Source: Candidatus Iainarchaeum sp. (lineage in GTDB: Archaea; Iainarchaeota; Iainarchaeia; Iainarchaeales; GCA-2688035). From it: a stretch of DNA of 64,000 nt. The stretch spans positions 1 through 64,000 of the forward strand of contig JAFCCL010000009.1 in NCBI GenBank assembly GCA_017610205.1. Direction: 5' to 3'. This document shows positions 47,923 through 56,839 of this stretch, one piece after another. The notes beneath the pieces are model-generated. The model had not been told where the DNA came from. It did no database searches and saw only the letters and a program-made list of their open reading frames with translations. Position numbers and translations under genes: made by a program. How positions within the stretch are numbered: the first letter of the stretch is position 1; each line of letters starts with the position of its first letter.

Positions 47923-48473
47923 ACGCAATCATAATCCATGGAAGTTTTGGAAGCCCCGAGGAGAATTGGTTTCCATGGCTAAAGGCAGAGCTGGAAAAGG
48001 TTGGTGTTGAAGTTTTTGTACCTGCTTTTCCAACTCCGGAGGGGCAGAATTTGGAGAATTGGCTAAATGTGTTTGAAGAATTTGAAGGGCAGGTAAATGA
48101 GGAAACTGTTTTTGTTGGACACAGTTTGGGTCCTGTGTTTGTATTGAATGTTTTGGAGAAATTGGACAGCCCTGTAAAGGCTGCTTTTTTTGTAGCAGGT
48201 TTTGTTGGAAACCTTGGCAATGCTGAGTTTGATGAGATTAATGCAACGTTTGCAGATAGAATGTTTGACTGGGAGAAGATAAAGGAAAATTGTGGAAAAT
48301 TTTTTGTTTTTTACTCAGACAACGACCCCTATGTTTCAGGAGAGAAGGCTAAAGAACTTGCAAGAAATTTGGGTGTTGAAGCAGAATTGGTTCAGGGAGC
48401 AGGGCACTTTAATGAAAACTCAGGTTATACAAAGTTTGAGCTTTTGCTTGAAAGGATAAAAAGCCTGCTTTAG
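47919..48473 (+). CDS. RBBP9/YdeN-family alpha/beta hydrolase
   Basis: IIHG, NWFPWL, GHSLG nucleophile, SDNDPYV, AGHFN; ATGA overlap with hicA. Confidence 0.9.
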   Translation: MNAIIIHGSFGSPEENWFPWLKAELEKVGVEVFVPAFPTPEGQNLENWLNVFEEFEGQVNEETVFVGHSLGPVFVLNVLEKLDSPVKAAFFVAGFVGNLGNAEFDEINATFADRMFDWEKIKENCGKFFVFYSDNDPYVSGEKAKELARNLGVEAELVQGAGHFNENSGYTKFELLLERIKSLL

Positions 48474-48509
48474 AAGAATTATTAAATATTTCAACCCATT
48501 TTAATTATT

Positions 48510-49103
48510 ATGAAGGAAAGAAAAGTAACCTATTTTGAGGAGGCTGGGAAAGACAACACTGGCCAGGTAATAAATGCTGCTTTGGAAAGACTTGGAGAAA
48601 AGGATGTAAAGCATGTTGTTGTTTCAACCCACAGGGGCTTAACAGCTTTGAAGGCGGCTGAAGAATTCAAGGACTTGGATTTGAACATTGTTGCAGTTAC
48701 TGTTCCTGCCTCCACAAAGCCAGAGATTTTAAAAGAGTGGAATGAAAACCTGCCAAAAATGGAGAAGGCCGGAGTAAAGACTCATAGGGGAACTTCTTCT
48801 CTTTCAGGAACTGAAAGAGGCATTAGAGTGAGATGGGGCGGAGTTGGTCCAACAATGATTATAGCAGATACTTTGAGAACGTTTGGAGAGGGCACAAAGG
48901 TTTGTGTGGAAATTTTGCTTATGGCAACAGACGCAGGTCTTGTTCCGGCTGGAAAAAAGGCACTTGTTATTGCAGGAACTTCAAGGGGAGCAGACACCTG
49001 TCTTGTGATAAAGTCTACTTTTAGCAGCAAATTTTTTGACCTTGCAATTCAGGAAGTTGTTTGCAAGCCCTATTCAGATGGTATTGAACAGGAGGCAAGA
49101 TAA
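48510..49103 (+). CDS. Pyruvate kinase alpha/beta-domain-like protein (COG1751-type)
   Basis: YFEEAGKDNT, FGEGTKVCVEILLMATDAG, GTSRGADT. Confidence 0.8.
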   Translation: MKERKVTYFEEAGKDNTGQVINAALERLGEKDVKHVVVSTHRGLTALKAAEEFKDLDLNIVAVTVPASTKPEILKEWNENLPKMEKAGVKTHRGTSSLSGTERGIRVRWGGVGPTMIIADTLRTFGEGTKVCVEILLMATDAGLVPAGKKALVIAGTSRGADTCLVIKSTFSSKFFDLAIQEVVCKPYSDGIEQEAR

Positions 49104-49156
49104 TTTCTTGTCCTAAAAAAAAACCTTTATTAACCTCTTAATGCCTATTTGTTTGC

Positions 49157-50620
49157 ATGTTTATCAGAATTGGAGTTGAAGACTTAAAAGTAGTTTTGAA
49201 GGATGTTGGCATTGTTTTGGAGTACAGTGCTCTTACTTTTATTGCACCTATAATAATGGGGTTGATTTACTGGGAGCCTTTGGAAGTTCTTGCCATTTAC
49301 CTTTTTTGTGCAATTTTTACATTCCTTGCAGGCTTTGCAATAAAAAAGGCTTTTGTTTCAAAACAGAGCACTGGATTAAAACATGCGTTTCTTACGGCTA
49401 CAGTAATATGGCTTGTTTACTGCTTTGTTGCTTCTTTGCCATTTCATTTAATTGTAAACATGTCTTTCCTTGATTCATTTTTTGAGGCAATGTCTGCTCT
49501 TACAACAACAGGTCTTACAGTAATGAAGCAGGTAATTGACAGTTCTCCAAAAAGCCTGATTTTTTGGAGAAGTATTCTTTCATGGATTGGAGGTGTTGGA
49601 ATTGTTGTTCTGGCAATGGCAGGAGTTTTGACAACTTATTCAAAGGCAAGCAAGCTTATTCATGCAGAGGGCAGGGAGGAAAGGCTTAGACCAAACCTCA
49701 AAAACAGCATTAAGCATATTTGGAACATTTACATTGGCTTGACAATTTTGGGCGTTGTACTTTTGTACTTGAGCGGAATTGGAGCCTTTGATTCATTAAA
49801 TTACAGCATGAGTGCAATTAGCACAACAGGAATGGACACTACAAGCACTGGGCTTGTTGGAATGCACAATTTTGCTTTGGACATAAGCCTTATTGTAATA
49901 ATGCTTTTGGGTGCAATTTCTTTTTCTACACACTATCTTGTGTTAAAGAAAAGAAACTGGAGAATTTTGGTTCAGGACTCTGAATTCAAGGTTTTAATGC
50001 TTCTTGCATTGGTTTCAAGCGTAATAATTTTGCCAAAAATGATTCTGTTTTATGGCAGCAACATAATTGGCGTTGAAGAGGCTTTTTTCCATGTAGTTTC
50101 CGCCCTTACATGCGGTGGTTTTGCCATTGCTTCAATAGCAGATATAAGAGCATGGGGCGATTATGTAAAACTTGTGCTTGTTGGAGTAATGTTTGTTGGA
50201 GGAAGTGCAGGAAGCACTGCAGGCGGAATAAAGATAAGCCGGTTTATAATTTTTGTCAAATCGATTTATTGGAGAATAAAGGAAACCATTTTGCCTGAGA
50301 AAAGCTTTTTTAGCAGAAAGTTTGAAGGGCAGGAACTTGCAAGAAATGAGGTAAGAGAAATTAGCCAATTTATACTGCTTTACGCTTTGCTTATTCTTGC
50401 AGGCTGCCTTGTTCTTACACTTGCAGGAAATGATTTGGGCAACAGCCTTTTTGAGGTTGTTTCAGCTCAAAGCAATGCAGGCATTTCGGCAGGAATTGCA
50501 CATGCAGGAATGCCAATTTCTGTTGAAATAATGCTTATCTTAAACATGTGGATTGGAAGGCTTGAAATAATTCCAATCCTTTCAGCAGTAGGATTCTTTT
50601 TAAGCATGCGAAAAAGGTAG
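49157..50620 (+). CDS. trkH: TrkH potassium uptake membrane subunit
   Basis: FFEAMSALTTTG, WIGGVG, ISTTG, GGSAGSTAGGIK, MWIGRLE. Confidence 0.93.
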   Translation: MFIRIGVEDLKVVLKDVGIVLEYSALTFIAPIIMGLIYWEPLEVLAIYLFCAIFTFLAGFAIKKAFVSKQSTGLKHAFLTATVIWLVYCFVASLPFHLIVNMSFLDSFFEAMSALTTTGLTVMKQVIDSSPKSLIFWRSILSWIGGVGIVVLAMAGVLTTYSKASKLIHAEGREERLRPNLKNSIKHIWNIYIGLTILGVVLLYLSGIGAFDSLNYSMSAISTTGMDTTSTGLVGMHNFALDISLIVIMLLGAISFSTHYLVLKKRNWRILVQDSEFKVLMLLALVSSVIILPKMILFYGSNIIGVEEAFFHVVSALTCGGFAIASIADIRAWGDYVKLVLVGVMFVGGSAGSTAGGIKISRFIIFVKSIYWRIKETILPEKSFFSRKFEGQELARNEVREISQFILLYALLILAGCLVLTLAGNDLGNSLFEVVSAQSNAGISAGIAHAGMPISVEIMLILNMWIGRLEIIPILSAVGFFLSMRKR

Positions 50621-50629
50621 TGGATTAAA

Positions 50630-51058
50630 GTGTACAAGGTTAGGAAAAAGGCCGTGGAGAAAAAAACGAAGATTAAAAGAAAACAAACAGTGAGAAAGAA
50701 ACAAAAGCCAAAAGTTGTTTTTGTGTGTGTTACAGGAGGAATCTCACAAGGCTATTTTGTTAAAAAAATTAACGAGTTTTTAAAGAAAAAAGGCATCTCT
50801 AAAAAAATCAATGTTAAGTCAGCTGGATTTTCAAAAAATCGTAAAGAAATAAGTGGCGCAGATATAATTGTATCTCATCTTTTTAAAAATGCTTCAATGG
50901 AAATGACAAAAAAGATTGCTCCAACTATTAAAAATTTTGGACCAAAAGCAATAACTCAGGATATTTATTTTACAAACCGAGGCAGACGCATTGCCCTTAA
51001 ACGAACTTTTAATGCAATTTTAAAAAAAATAAGAATGGAACAAAGCTTAAAAAGGTGA
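50630..51058 (+). CDS. Lys/Arg-rich protein with a PTS-IIB/LMW-phosphatase-like fold
   Basis: KVVFVCVTGGISQ, VKSAG and ADIIV after a ~27-aa basic leader. Confidence 0.55.
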   Translation: MYKVRKKAVEKKTKIKRKQTVRKKQKPKVVFVCVTGGISQGYFVKKINEFLKKKGISKKINVKSAGFSKNRKEISGADIIVSHLFKNASMEMTKKIAPTIKNFGPKAITQDIYFTNRGRRIALKRTFNAILKKIRMEQSLKR

Positions 51059-51087
51059 AAAGAGTAAAGTTTTAGGAGTGAATTGAA

Positions 51088-51741
51088 ATGTATATCGTAA
51101 TTATTGGAGCAGGAGGGCTTGGTTTTTATCTTGCCCAGCTTTTGCTTGAAGAAGAGCATGACGCTGTTGTTGTAGACAAGGATGCTGCAAGGTGTGAAAA
51201 AATCAGCCAAGAGCTCGACATTGTGGCAACGCAGGGAGACGGAACAGAAACAGCTGTTTTGGAAAAGGTTGGAGTAAAGGAAGCTGACGCTGTTGTTGCC
51301 TTAACAGGCCAGGATGAAACAAATATGGTTGTAAGCCTTTTGGCAAAAGAACTTGGGGCAAAACAGGTTGCTGCAAGAATCTCAAAAGTAGAGTATGACG
51401 AAAGTGTTTTGAAAAAGCTTGGAATTGACATTGTAATTCACCCAGAGGCCGCAGCAGCAGGATACATTGAAGAGCTTATTACAAAGCCTGGTGTTTTAGA
51501 CCTTGCATTTATTTCAAGGGGGCAAGCAGAAATAATGGAAATGCAAATAAAGGAAAAAAGCCAAATTGCCGGAAAGAAAATAAATCAGATAAATCACCCC
51601 CCAGGAAGCGCAATAGTTGCATTGTACGAGGGAAAAAATCTTATAATTCCCGGACCAGAAGACACCATAAAGGTTGGGCAAAAAATTCTAATTCTTGCAA
51701 AAAGAGATGTTGCAGAAAAGGTCAGAAAAATGATTCGTTAA
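51088..51741 (+). CDS. trkA: TrkA/KtrA-type RCK regulatory subunit
   Basis: IIGAGGLG NAD-binding motif, GDGT, DETN, VIHPE and an RCK_C domain. Confidence 0.92.
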   Translation: MYIVIIGAGGLGFYLAQLLLEEEHDAVVVDKDAARCEKISQELDIVATQGDGTETAVLEKVGVKEADAVVALTGQDETNMVVSLLAKELGAKQVAARISKVEYDESVLKKLGIDIVIHPEAAAAGYIEELITKPGVLDLAFISRGQAEIMEMQIKEKSQIAGKKINQINHPPGSAIVALYEGKNLIIPGPEDTIKVGQKILILAKRDVAEKVRKMIR

Positions 51742-51743
51742 AA

Positions 51744-52262
51744 TCAGGCTGCCCTTTTTTGCCCAGGGTGTACTGGAACACCGCGAATTTTTCCACGCGC
51801 ATGCTGGGTTGCTATGGTATTTGGAAGTCCAGGTGTTCTGTTTCTGAGAACTTGAGTTCTCTCACTCGCATTCAAAGCCCTCTTTCTAATAACACTAAGC
51901 CCTGTTCCAACACTTTTTCTTTGCATAACCCTTAGATGAGATTTTGGGAAAAAAAAACCAGTAAGTAAATTAATTAAATTGGAAATTCCAGGAATGCGTA
52001 ACAATAAAGAAGTTCTTGGCTTTGCTCCTGCAGGCAATGCTCCAATTTGTGCTGCTGCCATTCCAGATCTGGCTAAAGTGTTTTGATTTCTCTGGCGAAT
52101 CTTTGGCTTTCTTGCCATTCCAACATTTCTTCTTTGCATCCCGGCATTTCTTGCCATTCCAACATTTCTTCTTTGCATCCCGGCATTTCTTACCATTCCA
52201 ACATTTCTTGCTATACTTGGCCCAATCATACCAGGTCTTTGTGTAACTTTTCTTCTAAGCAT
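51744..52262 (-). CDS. Arg-rich orphan protein with a 13-aa tandem repeat
   Basis: AGGTGA RBS upstream on the minus strand; fills the gap between trkA and the RSH gene. Confidence 0.6.
   Translation of the reverse strand: MLRRKVTQRPGMIGPSIARNVGMVRNAGMQRRNVGMARNAGMQRRNVGMARKPKIRQRNQNTLARSGMAAAQIGALPAGAKPRTSLLLRIPGISNLINLLTGFFFPKSHLRVMQRKSVGTGLSVIRKRALNASERTQVLRNRTPGLPNTIATQHARGKIRGVPVHPGQKRAA
52108..52209 (-). repeat. 39-bp tandem repeat, ~2.6 copies (RNVGMARNAGMQR)
   Basis: Copies start at 52108, 52147 and 52186 (partial). Confidence 0.93.
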
Positions 52263-52327
52263 TTTTTCACCTAAATAGATTGCTTTTTTGGATTATTTAA
52301 TTCTTTGTTTTGGCATTTGAAACAGGC

Positions 52328-53779
52328 TTACTTTGTTAATTTAAAGTGTTTTCTAAGAGCTTCTTTTGAAGTAAAATTATTCACGTCCTTTAGCCATGAT
52401 TTTTTTGCACAAAGATTTTTTTTAAAAAATAATTCAACAATTTTTCCAGAATCAAGTTTTTGTCCAAACACTGCCTTTTTGTTGTTTACTTTTACCTTAT
52501 GCAAGTGCAATGCCCAATTTTTTTCGGTTGCAAAAGCAAAATCAAGCACTGTGCTTTTATCAGGAAGCTCTATCAGTGTTCCATTTGTAGTAAAGACATA
52601 AATTGGATTTGTTAAAAAGTCAACTTTGAGGGCATCAATGAAATTTCTTTTACTTTTTCGATCAGCAAGCAAAGAAATAAGTATTGAAAGGTTTTGTTCA
52701 AGATATCCTGATATTTTTTTGCTAAAAAATTCCCTGTAAGCAATAATTCCCCTCCTGTTTATTGCATTCATTTTGTGGGTTGCGATTCTTACTTTTACAT
52801 TGCTTTTCCTTGGACCAAAAACAGTTGTCTGAAGAACCCTGTAAAGATTTGGTTTTGGTGCAGCAATAAAGTCTTTGACCTTGTTTGGCAAGGGTGGAAA
52901 AGTTTCGTGAACAATTCCAAGTGCAGAATAACACTCTTGTTTTTTGTCAAAAAGGATTTTGAGAAAAACAATGTCTGTCATTTCATCTATATTCTTTCCT
53001 GTTTTTTTCATTTTAGTAAAAAAATTGTAAACGCTTTTTTGTCGTTTGTAAAAAGAGGCTTTTGGAAGCTTTTTTCTTAAAATTGCAACCATCAAATTTA
53101 TTTCTTTTTCCTTTGCAGCCCTCAAAGGCGTTAGCCTTTTATTAAGCCTTTTAAAAATTCCAGGGTAGGCATGGCAAAAGGCAAGATCCCCCAATTCAAG
53201 TGAAAGTTTTACTAACCCAATTTTCTGGGCAATTGGCACATAAATTACAAGCGATTCAGTAGCAATTCTTTTTCGGTCTTTTTCAGGCAAATGCTGTAAT
53301 GTTCTCAAATTGTGAAGCTTGTCCGCAAGTTTTATTAGAATAACCCTTGGATCCTTGGTTGTTGCAAGAAGAAGGTTGTGAAGATTTTTCAAAGACTCAT
53401 GGTTTCTGCTTTCTTTTGTAAAAATGTCAAGTTTTGTTACACCCTCAACCAAGGAACAAATTTCTTTTCCAAACTCTTTTTTTAAACAAGATTTTTTTAT
53501 GTCAGTGTCTTCCAAAACATCATGCAAAAGACCTGCTGCAACAACCTTACTGCTTAATCTCATTCTTGCAAGAGTTGCAGCTGTTTCCAGCGGATGGGAA
53601 AAATACGGCTCTTTGTTTGCCCTAAGTTGGCCAAGATGGGCATCCCTTGCAAAGACAAATGCCTTTTCAAGAAGCCTTTTGTCTGCCTTGCCATAATTCT
53701 TTTTAACAAGGGAAACAAGCTTGTTTATGCTCTTTTTGGAAAACTTTGGAAAACCTACCAGACTTACAAAATGGCTCAC
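52328..53779 (-). CDS. RelA/SpoT homolog (HD hydrolase, degenerate synthetase, TGS domain)
   Basis: HPLET, LLHDVLED, IKLADKLHNLRTL; KDFIAAPKPNLY; TGS IYVFT..G....LP..STVLDFAF. Confidence 0.9.
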   Translation of the reverse strand: MSHFVSLVGFPKFSKKSINKLVSLVKKNYGKADKRLLEKAFVFARDAHLGQLRANKEPYFSHPLETAATLARMRLSSKVVAAGLLHDVLEDTDIKKSCLKKEFGKEICSLVEGVTKLDIFTKESRNHESLKNLHNLLLATTKDPRVILIKLADKLHNLRTLQHLPEKDRKRIATESLVIYVPIAQKIGLVKLSLELGDLAFCHAYPGIFKRLNKRLTPLRAAKEKEINLMVAILRKKLPKASFYKRQKSVYNFFTKMKKTGKNIDEMTDIVFLKILFDKKQECYSALGIVHETFPPLPNKVKDFIAAPKPNLYRVLQTTVFGPRKSNVKVRIATHKMNAINRRGIIAYREFFSKKISGYLEQNLSILISLLADRKSKRNFIDALKVDFLTNPIYVFTTNGTLIELPDKSTVLDFAFATEKNWALHLHKVKVNNKKAVFGQKLDSGKIVELFFKKNLCAKKSWLKDVNNFTSKEALRKHFKLTK

Positions 53780-53907
53780 TCATTAATTAATTGCCACAAA
53801 AGAAGTATTTAATGGTAAGCCCAAAAAAAGGCAAAACTTAGTCAAAAAGGGTTTTCGGGAAGCTTTTTAAAGAGTTGTATACATAATATTTATTGATAAC
53901 ATGATAA

Positions 53908-54226
53908 GTGATTTACTTCATCTTGAAGAAAACTAATTCTGAAGAATCGCTTAGTTATCTGAATAATTATCAAAATTTCCCAAATTGTGTAAAAGCAAAG
54001 GAATTTAATTGTTTTAAGACAAATTCTAATCTAGACATAAAGCTGAAAAATGGCTGGTATGGTGTAGTGGTTCGCATTAAGGCTTGTGGAGCCTTAGGCC
54101 CGGGTTCAATTCCCGGTACCGGCCCTCTTTCTAGTTCTTTGAGTGATTTAGTTCATCACTAAAAATGGAGGTTTGATATAATGAATTCAAAAATAGGCGT
54201 AAGTACAAAAGGTGATTCACTTCATC
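53908..54226. promoter_or_regulatory. Three copies of GTGATTYASTTCATC, a putative operator (53908, 54143, 54212)
   Basis: Direct reading; the middle copy is the dyad AGTGAT-N7-ATCACT. Confidence 0.55.
54052..54124 (+). tRNA. tRNA-His(GTG) with genomically encoded G-1
   Basis: G + GCTGGTA/TACCGGC + C73; AAGGC-TTGTGGA-GCCTT anticodon arm; TTCAATT T-loop. Confidence 0.93.
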
Positions 54227-55099
54227 TGCAGGGTTCTTTTGCCAAAGAATACTGGGCTTAGGGAAAAAGCAATTGATGCTTTGAAGTATGTAAAGCCTGG
54301 CAATTTTAAAGAAGGCATAAAGATTCTGCCATTTAGGGGAGAGGACATTCCTTGCCTCGTGGAAGAGTTTATTTCAAAGGGCAGCAATGCAATAGGATTT
54401 ACTGGAGAGGACCTGTTTGCAGAGTACTGTTTGAACAATCAAAGCAGTCTTTCAATAATTAAAAGAATTCCCTGGAAAGATGAAAGCTTTGTTTTCAAAA
54501 AGCCAGCCTTGTGCCTTCTTGGACCAAAAGAAAGGGATTTGAATTCCTACAAAGGAACTGTTGTCTGCACAGTGAACAGAAAGTACAGAGCTTTGAGTGA
54601 AAACTTTTTGGAGAAGCTAAGGCGAGATGGCTTAAAAGTAATAGTGAAAGAGGCTAGTGGAAATTTGGAGAAAACTGTTGAGCAAGGCATTGCTGATTTG
54701 TGCATTGACATTGTATGCAGTGGCAGGTCCTTGGAAGAATGTGATCTACAGATTTTGGACAAAGTTTTTGAAAGCGATATTGTTCTAATTGGAATAGTGC
54801 AAACAGAATTGTTTGAGCTAAAGGCTTTGGCTGAAATGTTAAGGAAAAGAATTGAGGGAAAAGACTGCAAAAGCTATACCTGGAAGCTCTTGCGCGACAA
54901 AAAGCTTTTGTGCAAAAAGATAAACGAAGAGGCCTTTGAGTTAATTGAAGCAGCTTTGGAAGGAAAAAAAAGTAAGGTTGTCTGGGAGGCTGCTGACCTA
55001 CTCTACTTTGTTTCAGTACTTCTAATGAAAGAGGGTGTGCCGGTAGACGCTGTGTTCAACGAATTAAGGAGGCGAAGCAATGAAAAGAAAGGAAATTGA
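54212..55099 (+). CDS. hisG: Short-form ATP phosphoribosyltransferase (HisG) fused to phosphoribosyl-ATP pyrophosphatase (HisE)
   Basis: RGEDIP, GFTGEDL, GIADLCIDIVCSGRSL (HisG); SYTWKLL...KINEE...WEAADLLY...ELRRR (HisE); start uncertain. Confidence 0.85.
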   Translation: MIHFICRVLLPKNTGLREKAIDALKYVKPGNFKEGIKILPFRGEDIPCLVEEFISKGSNAIGFTGEDLFAEYCLNNQSSLSIIKRIPWKDESFVFKKPALCLLGPKERDLNSYKGTVVCTVNRKYRALSENFLEKLRRDGLKVIVKEASGNLEKTVEQGIADLCIDIVCSGRSLEECDLQILDKVFESDIVLIGIVQTELFELKALAEMLRKRIEGKDCKSYTWKLLRDKKLLCKKINEEAFELIEAALEGKKSKVVWEAADLLYFVSVLLMKEGVPVDAVFNELRRRSNEKKGN

Positions 55100-55400
55100 C
55101 TGGAAGAAAAGCGGCGGAATTGTTCCAACAATAGTGCAGGAAGCTGAAGGTAAGGAAGTGCTAATGCTTGCCTATTCAACCAAGGAGTCGTTGCGCAAAG
55201 CTCTTGAAACAAATCAGGGGTGGTACTACAGCAGAAGCAGAAAAAGGCTGTGGAGGAAAGGCGAGACAAGTTGCAACACACAGGAAATAATGCAGGTCTT
55301 TGCGGACTGTGATGCTGACACATTACTTTTTGTTGTAAGACAGAAAGGCAATGCTTGTCATTTGAACAAGAAAAGTTGTTTCTACACGGAGGTGGATTAA
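55080..55400 (+). CDS. hisI: Phosphoribosyl-AMP cyclohydrolase
   Basis: VLMLAY, YSRSRKRLWRKGETS, DCDADTL, ACH...SCF. Confidence 0.95.
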   Translation: MKRKEIDWKKSGGIVPTIVQEAEGKEVLMLAYSTKESLRKALETNQGWYYSRSRKRLWRKGETSCNTQEIMQVFADCDADTLLFVVRQKGNACHLNKKSCFYTEVD

Positions 55401-56171
55401 ATGGATAAAACAAAGAAAGTGATTCCTTGCCTGGATTGCAATCTAAGCAAGGGAAAAACTGAATTAGTAAAAGGAAAGAAATTCAGAGAAGTGGAAGCAG
55501 TGGGAAGCCCTGTGGAACAGGTTAGGAAATACTGTAAACAGGGAGCAGACGAAATTGTGGTATTAGATATCAATGCAACAGTTGAAGGAAGAAATACAGG
55601 GGTTGCTGCAGTGGAAAAGATAGCTGCTGCATGCAGTGTTCCCCTGTCAGTTGGCGGTGGAATCAAAAGCCTTGCAGAAGCCAAAGAGATAATAGGGGCA
55701 GGAGCTGCAAAAGTAGGCATAAATAGCGCTGCAGTCAAAAACCCTGAATTAATACTGCAACTTTCCCAGAAACTCGGAAGAAACGCTGTTGTCTCAGCAA
55801 TTGATGCACAGAAAGTTAGAAATACGTGGAGTGTCTTCATCAACGCCGGCACAAAGGACAGTGGACTGGATGCCGTTGAATGGGCAAAAAAAGTTGAACA
55901 GCTTGGTGCAGGCAGCATTTTGCTGACATCGATTGACAGAGACGGCATGCAAACAGGATTTGATATTGCTTTGACAAAGACAGTATCAGAAGCAGTTAAA
56001 ATACCGGTGATTGCATCAGGAGGAGCAGGCAGTTTGGAAGACATGTACAGGGTTCTGGCTGAAGGGAAAGCAAGCGCTGTGCTTGGAGCAAGCGTTTTCC
56101 ACTATGGAAAGCTTACTGTTGCCCAGGTAAAACAATACTTGCAAAAAAAGGGATTGGAGGTGTTGCAATGA
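55401..56171 (+). CDS. hisF: Imidazole glycerol phosphate synthase cyclase subunit
   Basis: VIPCLD, GADEIVVLDI, VGGGI, LLTSIDRDG, IASGGAG, ASVFH. Confidence 0.95.
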   Translation: MDKTKKVIPCLDCNLSKGKTELVKGKKFREVEAVGSPVEQVRKYCKQGADEIVVLDINATVEGRNTGVAAVEKIAAACSVPLSVGGGIKSLAEAKEIIGAGAAKVGINSAAVKNPELILQLSQKLGRNAVVSAIDAQKVRNTWSVFINAGTKDSGLDAVEWAKKVEQLGAGSILLTSIDRDGMQTGFDIALTKTVSEAVKIPVIASGGAGSLEDMYRVLAEGKASAVLGASVFHYGKLTVAQVKQYLQKKGLEVLQ

Positions 56172-56839
56172 TTGTTCCAAGCATTGACCTGCTTGAAGGA
56201 AGAGTGGTTCAGTTGCAGCAAGGAAAAGAGGTCAAAATTTCAGTTGAGGAGAAGCCGCTTGCATTTGCAAAGCGGTTCTCTTCCTTTGTAGAAACACAGG
56301 TAATTGACCTCAATGCAGCTATTGGTACAGGCAACAATTTTGAAACTGTAAAGAAAATTTGCCAAATTGTCAATGCAAGAGTTGGAGGAGGCATTAGAAG
56401 CACTGAGAAGGCAAGGCAATTGTTTGAAGCAGGAGCAAGAAAAATAATTGTTGGAACAATGGCAAAGGAAGGATTTTTGCTTGAATTATGCAAAGAGTTT
56501 GGAAAAGAAAGAATAATTGTTGCCTTGGACAGCAAAAACGGAAAAGTAGCAGTAAAAGGATGGCAGGAAACAGCGGAGGAAACACCAGTTGAAAGAGCCA
56601 AAAGACTTGAAGGATTGTGTAGTGAATTCCTTTACACCTGCATTGAAAAAGAGGGTTTGATGAAAGGGGTCGATTGGCAAACAATTAAAAACTTAAAAAG
56701 AGTTTCTAAGAATAAACTTAGTATAGCTGGAGGAATTTCAAGCATTAAAGAAGTAAAAAAATTGGAGAAAATGGGAATAAAATCCGTTGTAGGAATGGCA
56801 ATATACACTGGAAAAATAAAATTGAGGGAATTAAAATGA
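56168..56839 (+). CDS. hisA: ProFAR isomerase
   Basis: IVPSIDLLEGRVVQL.QG, IDLNAA, GGGIRS, EGLMKG, AGGISS. Confidence 0.9.
   Translation: MIVPSIDLLEGRVVQLQQGKEVKISVEEKPLAFAKRFSSFVETQVIDLNAAIGTGNNFETVKKICQIVNARVGGGIRSTEKARQLFEAGARKIIVGTMAKEGFLLELCKEFGKERIIVALDSKNGKVAVKGWQETAEETPVERAKRLEGLCSEFLYTCIEKEGLMKGVDWQTIKNLKRVSKNKLSIAGGISSIKEVKKLEKMGIKSVVGMAIYTGKIKLRELK

Noticed and set aside
53908-54162. 84-aa ORF
   Set aside because: Spans tRNA-His and its promoter region; no protein-like features
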